From the NCBI RefSeq assembly GCF_006345805.1, contig NW_021834960.1, positions 1 to 51,348 of the forward strand: DNA of 51,348 nt. Direction: 5' to 3'. Below the pieces are notes generated by a model. It saw only the letters and a list, made by a program, of their open reading frames with translations. It ran no database searches and was not told the DNA's origin. The position numbers and the translations under genes were made by a program. Each line of letters starts with the position of its first letter. Position 1 is the first letter of the stretch. The DNA comes from Octopus sinensis. Its lineage: Eukaryota. Below are positions 46,217 to 51,348 of the stretch, piece by piece.

Positions 46217-46781
46217 TTGGGTTGTCCGGAAAGTTCATGCCAATTTATAGTAGCTTACCTTTCGACTTATTTTAGAACATGACTGAGTCCATAAAATAGG
46301 ATTTGACTACACCTCCATTTAGAGCACAGTTTAAGCTATCATTCGTGGAAGAAGATTTATGTTCCTATAACCTGTGTTAATTCTGTAACCCTTTAAAATG
46401 GAAGATAAGAAAGTTCATTTTCGGCACTTGATGCTTTGGGAACCAGACAAAAATTGCTGCAGCTCGGCTGGGATGTGTTACCCCACCCTCCATATTCACC
46501 AGATATTGCTCCTTTGGATTTCCACTTATTCAGGTCTCTGCAGAATAGTCTTAATGGTAAAAATTTCAATTCCTTGGATGACGTAAAAAGATACCTTGAT
46601 GAATTCTTTGCCATGAAACCACCTCAGTTCTGGGAAGAGGGTATTTTCAAGTTAAAGGAAAGATGGAGATGCATTGTGCAACAAAATGGTTCATATTTGG
46701 TTGATTAAAAATGTAATGGCAAGTATTTATTGACCTTTTTCTTTCCCTTAAAAATCGGCAAGAACTTTCCTGACAACCCGA
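46217..46781 (+). mobile_element. 565-bp internally deleted mariner (MITE-like) with intact ends
   Basis: TIRs TTGGGTTGTCCGGAAAGTTC / GAACTTTCCTGACAACCCGA (18/20), with TA on the left. N-terminal 'MEDKKVHFRHLMLWE' is fused to C-terminal 'RQKLLQLGWDVLPHPPYSPDIAPLDFHLFRSLQNSLNGKNF...WEEGIFKLKERWRCIVQQNGSYLVD*'. Confidence 0.92.
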
Positions 46782-47279
46782 CACATTACATGTATGTGCA
46801 TACATATACACATCTGCATGCATTATATGCATACACAGACACGCAGTGATCAACGGGGAAAATGCTTTGAGTGATGATGATGATGACGATGATGATGAGA
46901 GGAGGAGGCGGAATGGGAGGAGGAGGAAGAGGAATGGGAGAAGGCGGAGGATAGCTGAGAAGGTAGAAGTGCGTGTGATAATGATACTGATGGTGAAGAT
47001 TGATGGTTAGAATGGTTGATGTCAGAGATCGATAATGACGACGATGATGATGATGATGATGATGGTAACGATGTTGTGCTAACAATTATCACATTTTTGC
47101 TGCTGCCGTGGTTGTTGTTGTGGAGTTTTGTTGTTGTTGTTGTTGTTAAAGCGTTAATTTCACGCCGCCTGATTTGTATGTTAAACTGTTCAGAGGAAAC
47201 GGGTGTGTCAGTGGCGAAGGGTGGGAGACGGGCAAGGTGAAGAGAAGTGCGTGAGGGCGTGTATGTGTGCATGTGCGTG

Positions 47280-47282
47280 TAT

Positions 47283-47349
<67 letters not shown>

Positions 47350-47378
47350 TGTGTGTGTGTGTGTGTGTGTGTGTTTGT

Positions 47379-47451
<73 letters not shown>

Positions 47452-47500
47452 TGTGTGTGTGTAAATACATATATATACACATACGCACGCACACACACAC
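47280..47500. repeat. Long (GT)n microsatellite
   Basis: Seen directly. Confidence 0.95.
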
Positions 47501-47967
47501 ACACATATATATAGGTGTGTACGTGTGCATGTACATACGAGTACATGTGTAGCAACGGGCGTAGTTAAAGTGCGTGCGCGTGTGTATATATATATATATA
47601 AAAGTATATGCGTGTGTGTCCTTGTTGGTGCACGTATGTAGAGGGTATTTGGTGTTTGGTGGGGAGTGAGTGTATATATCCGGGTGGTAAATAGTTACCT
47701 ACGAAGTGAGTCTGTTCTGCATTAAGTGTAATTAATATACGTGTCATGGTTGAGGTGGGAGCGAAGAAAAATGGCTTCTAGGGGAAGGTTCGTAGACGAA
47801 CAGCACATTATACACACATACACAGATGCATACATAAATGCACGTATAAGTATATATACATACACATGTAGGGTTACATGTATATACATATATAGATAGT
47901 TATACATTCACACAATTGTGTGTAAAATATATATATATATACATACACACATTTATATACACCTAAA

Positions 47968-48440
47968 CAGGGCACCGTTAACCGAAAAGTTAACTTCGTT
48001 AATCGTTAATCCGTTAACTAAAAAGTTAACTTCGTTAATCGTTAATCGAAAAGTTAACTACGTTAATCGTTAATCCGTTAACTAAAAAGTTAACTTCGTT
48101 AATCGTTAATCCGTTAATCGAAAAGTTAACTACGTTAATCGTTAATCCGTTAACTAAAAAGTTAACTTCGTTAATCCGTTAATCGAAAAGTTAACTACGT
48201 TAATCGTTAATCCGTTAACTAAAAAGTTAACTTCGTTAATCGTTAATCCGTTAACTAAAAAGTTAACTTCGTTAATCGTTAATCCGTTAACTAAAAAGTT
48301 AACATCGTTAATCGTTAATCCGTTAACCAAAAAGTTAACTACGTTAATCCGTTAACCAAAAAGTTAACTTGGTTAATCGTTAAGCCGTTAATTCTTTGAG
48401 AATGTAATAGAAGTTAACGTTAATTCGTTATCGTTAACTT
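47968..48440. repeat. Tandem array of twelve 27-36-bp GTTAA-rich units starting CAGGG; possible hAT subterminal repeat
   Basis: Unit AAAAAGTTAACTTCGTTAATCGTTAATCCGTTAACT (36 bp); no matching opposite end was found. Confidence 0.8.
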
Positions 48441-49555
48441 TTATTGAAAAAGGCATAACTACAGTTTAATACTCCACGACTTTGTTGCCTCATAACTTCC
48501 AGAACAATGGATACCTTTTTTACGAATCTTTCACCAAATAATCGCTTATATCCTGTAGATTGAGTGTATGAAAAGATTTGTTGGAAAAACATTTTCCGAG
48601 GAGTTGGGGAGAGGAGTTTCGGCAAATTCACAGGACCCGACCTCCCCCGCCCCTCATAACTTCCTGGAAAATAGGTCTTTTTTAATGAAATTTTATACAA
48701 ATACATTTCAAACCGTGTAGATTACGATTACAAAGAAATTTGTCGGCAAAATTTTTGGAAGTGGGTGGGGTGGGAGGAGGAGTTTCTGATCAGGCAGCCC
48801 ACATAAATTGTAATTTCTCCATTTTGACGGGGATTTTCCCCCAATGTTTTCCATCAAAGTTTTTAGAAGAATGGGTGGCATCTTTTCACGAAAGAAAAAA
48901 AAAAAAAAATATTGTATTCTTTTTTACTCCCGCCACCCCCTCATCACCCCAGTTCGAACGATTTTGGCCAGTTTTTTTCACTAGATTTTTTTTTTCCGTG
49001 AGAGAAACATTTCCGGTTTAAAAAAACATGTTAATAATTTCACAGGAAAATGTGTGATCTAAGGGAAATCTGGCTGTTGTTTCTAGCATATCCCAAAACC
49101 TCCCTCCTCGTTTCTTTCTCACTCACACATCTATTGATTTTTTCAATATTTTTTTGTCCACAAACAAATTTTATGGAATGATGATGTCAAAGTAACACGT
49201 AAAGTCCCAACCGAGCGAGGCCGTGTTATTTGTGTGTCAGAAAGAAAAAAAAACACACCTAAAAACATCTCTAGTGTTCATATTAATCTGTCAAATGTAA
49301 TGCTTATTGGTTCACATTATTTTAAATTATTCGGGTTCAAGACGGGTGTCCACAATATTTGGTTGTAAATTTTTTGCATACAGATTTGAAATTTTGTCAG
49401 TGAGTGCTTTATATACCACTGGTTTATAGTTATGTAATTTTAGCTGATCTTGCTGAGTAAATTTAATTTTTATGGGCAGGTAAATTTAATTAACAGGTTT
49501 AAAAGCAATAAAATTATGGATAAACACTAAAATAGAAATTATTAATGTTTAATAA

Positions 49556-50060
49556 AAACGCTTTTGTTACCACTTTCACCCTCCGCAAAAAATCCCAAAT
49601 TTTATTTAATTTGCTTTGCGGGAAGGACTGTTTCAACGAAGTCGCGTCTTGTCCTTAGCTTAGAAACGCGAAGTAGATGAAACAGGGAACAACTGATGAA
49701 GGGTATGTTCTTTATGTTGCATGCCTCGTTTCTCTATTTGTTTCTTTCATTGTTCGAAAAAAGTTCGTTTTCTATGTTTTGTTTTTAAGTTTTCCTTTCT
49801 CACTGTGTCTACGTTTTTTCATGTCCTGTACCCATATATGCATGTATATATATACATATACATGAAGGTATGTACATATATATATGCATATATATATATT
49901 GGCGATTTCCCCCCCCCCCGTTTTCCCTTCTTTGGATCTTTCCTTTTCCTATGTTTCTGACGCTCGAAACGTTAAACCCTTCTTCTTTCCTGAGCGTCCT
50001 TGTTCCACACGGTCCCTCGCGTTGTTGTGTTTTCTCTTTGTGTTTTCATGTTTGGATTAA
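49556..50060. mobile_element. Rearranged PLE remnant: sense piece, inverted piece, then HHR module
   Basis: 49556-49640 matches the element sense strand (TTGTTACC.ACTTT.ACCCTCCGCAAA..ATCCCAAATTTT). 49670-49850 is its upstream part inverted. 49899-50060 is the family-1 module. Confidence 0.6.
49953..49977 (+). ncRNA. Dead family-1 hammerhead (10-bp deletion of helix II)
   Basis: GTTTCTGACG^CTCGAAACGTTAAAC; the deletion falls between the CG dinucleotides of CTGACGAAGAGCTCCGCTC. Confidence 0.7.
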
Positions 50061-50499
50061 CTTATATATATATAATATATATATATATATTATATATATA
50101 TATATATATATAATATATATTATAATAATATATATAATATAATATATATAATATATATAATATATATATATATATAATATATATATATAATAATATATAT
50201 AATAATATATATATAATATATATTAAATATATATATAATATATATATAATATATATATATAATAATATAATATAATTATTATACTATATATAATATATAT
50301 ATATATAATAATATATATATATAATAATATATATAATATATATATAATAATATATATATAATATATATATATATATAATATTATATATATAATAATATAT
50401 ATATAATATATATATATATATTATATATATATATAATATATATATCATATATATAATATATATATATATAATATATATATAATATATATATATATACAT

Positions 50500-50533
<34 letters not shown>

Positions 50534-50534
50534 A

Positions 50535-50574
<40 letters not shown>
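50061..50574. repeat. ~500-bp (TA/TAA)n tract
   Basis: Seen directly. Confidence 0.95.
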
Positions 50575-50760
50575 CATAGGGAGAATTCACAAAAAAAAAC
50601 AAAAACAAAAGACGAAAACAGGTGGTGTAGACAACAAACAGATGTATTAGTTTAACGCTCGGGAAGTGAAAAAGTCTGTTACGTTTCGAGTCTAGGCTCT
50701 TCCACAGAAAGGAACACAGAAAGAAACAGGGAGAGAAAATAAAGAATGTGTAGTGGTTAG
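50575..50760 (-). mobile_element. HHR-like module (family 3) abutting (TA)n
   Basis: Homologous to 25815-26008. Confidence 0.65.
50675..50712 (-). ncRNA. Hammerhead-like motif with a variant core (CUGUGGA)
   Basis: Reverse complement is CCTTT-CTGTGGA-A-GAGC(CTAG)ACTC-GAAA-CG-TA-ACAGA. Confidence 0.55.
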
Positions 50761-50763
50761 CGA

Positions 50764-50808
<45 letters not shown>

Positions 50809-50811
50809 ATA

Positions 50812-50972
50812 CGACGTGCTTTTTCAGTTTCTCTCTCCGAAATCTACCCACAAGGCTTTGGCCGACACCAGGATTATAGTAGAAGGTAATTATCCAAGTT
50901 GTTACGCAGTGAGACTGAACTCGGTACCGTTGTGATTAGGAAGCAAAACCTCTTAACACACAGCCACGCCTA
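50812..50972 (-). mobile_element. SINE family A, 5' half, diverged
   Basis: TTTTCAGTTTC...GACTGAACTCGG...ACACAGCCACGCCT. Confidence 0.75.
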
Positions 50973-51080
50973 CGCTATATATTTTGTATGTATGTAGGAG
51001 TGCGTGTGAGTATACATAAGCAGAGTAACCTATTGAGATATACACGTACGCACTGATCAACTCCGTTGGAAAGTTCACAA

Positions 51081-51120
51081 TGACATCTGGCGAGAGACAA
51101 TTGCATCCACCTAGCGGCCA
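51081..51120 (-). promoter_or_regulatory. Two CTCF-like motifs in tandem
   Basis: Minus strand TGGCCGCTAGGTGGA (51120-51106) and CGCCAGATGTCA (51092-51081); each is one mismatch from the CCRCYAGRKGGC core. Confidence 0.25.
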
Positions 51121-51348
51121 CTAGACACATCAGAGACATCTCCTGTCTCTAATAACCTGTCTGTGCGTCTCTGGCGGTTTTATTACGTAATATGATAATG
51201 AATCTCTATGGGAGGAGTCGCCAACGGCTTGAAGCTCAACGTTTCAGACACACAGCTACGTTTGTACGTATATATTGCATGTATGCGTGCAAGCATGATT
51301 GCATGTAAGTGTGTATATACGTTTGTATGTGTGTACGTATCTACGTGT

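Noticed and set aside
47968-48440. 36-bp palindromic repeats resembling CRISPR repeats
   Set aside because: The units are contiguous with no unique spacers.
48434-49021. 90-aa ORFs downstream of the GTTAA array as a possible transposase
   Set aside because: No hAT or other transposase motif was recognised, and the region is homopolymer-rich and possibly error-prone.

Overview
This is an AT-rich, repeat-saturated animal non-coding region (intergenic or deep intron). The repeat content (dense TA/CA/TACA microsatellites and very abundant tRNA-derived SINEs) suggests an octopod cephalopod; that is an inference, not a database match. I can support no intact host gene, rRNA, real tRNA or CRISPR array. 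Nearly all listed ORFs are microsatellite or SINE read-through. The window holds about 25 copies or fragments of SINE family A, about 12 of SINE family B (several internally dimeric), and two other SINE families. It also holds two internally deleted mariners, a 20-bp-TIR MITE, a hAT-like MITE, a non-autonomous Helitron, the 3' half of a Gypsy element, R4/Dong-like LINE remnants and a dispersed ~150-bp tandem repeat. The most notable signal is seven minimal type-I hammerhead ribozyme (HHR) motifs from about four families. Most sit in ~150-200-bp modules abutting (TA)n-type tracts, and some are linked to Penelope-like element (PLE) pieces (GIY-YIG-like remnant, exact 213-bp direct repeat, inverted junctions). 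One family shares a non-canonical core (A6U). All folding, counts and alignments were done by eye; boundaries of degenerate repeats are approximate.
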